64,000 nt of DNA from Camelus dromedarius (taxonomy: Eukaryota), in contig NC_087447.1 of assembly GCF_036321535.1 (NCBI RefSeq), forward strand, positions 57,908,001-57,972,000, given 5' to 3'. Position numbers and translations under genes: made by a program. Each line of letters starts with the position of its first letter. The first letter of the stretch is position 1. Below are positions 63,705 to 64,000 of the stretch, piece by piece. The notes below the pieces were generated by a model, which saw only the letters and a list, made by a program, of their open reading frames with translations, searched no databases and was not told where the DNA came from.

Positions 63705-63833
<129 letters not shown>

Positions 63834-64000
63834 TAGTCATTAAATATTTACACAAATGCTTTTAAAAATTGGGAGTTACGATGAAATGTACTCTAGGAAA
63901 TAATCTTCTTTAGTGCTTGAAGTTAACTAATTTATAATGTATTTAAGTGTATTTTGTACATGTGAGGCAAGAGGACACTGCTGTTTCTATTATAATAGTT

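Overview
This is AT-rich, repeat-dense mammalian genomic DNA. It is probably camelid: there are four tRNA-Ala-derived SINEs of the type I recall as camelid 'vic-1', and I saw no Alu, B1/B2, Bov-tA/BovB, PRE-1 or Can-SINE. The only protein-coding sequence I can support is two spliced coding exons of CCDC83 on the + strand (59940-60034 and 63722-63806), which join in frame to 60 codons. A CpG island at about 52.4-53.1 kb is its likely promoter and non-coding first exon. A second CpG island at about 23.2-23.9 kb has a - strand splice donor at 23340/23339. By conserved synteny (SYTL2 lies divergently upstream of CCDC83 in mammals) this is probably the non-coding first exon of SYTL2, making bases 1-23339 SYTL2 intron 1; no SYTL2 coding exon is present. 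The rest is MIR, L2, L1, ERVL/MaLR solo LTRs and hAT/TcMar MITE relics, of which only the clearer copies are listed and their boundaries are approximate. Five N-runs lie in or beside L1 copies. I found no evidence of a novel multi-gene system. The most interesting signals are a young inverted duplication of old L2 sequence, a twin-primed L1 with a very large internal deletion, an antisense exon-like unit, and several transcription-factor motif clusters.
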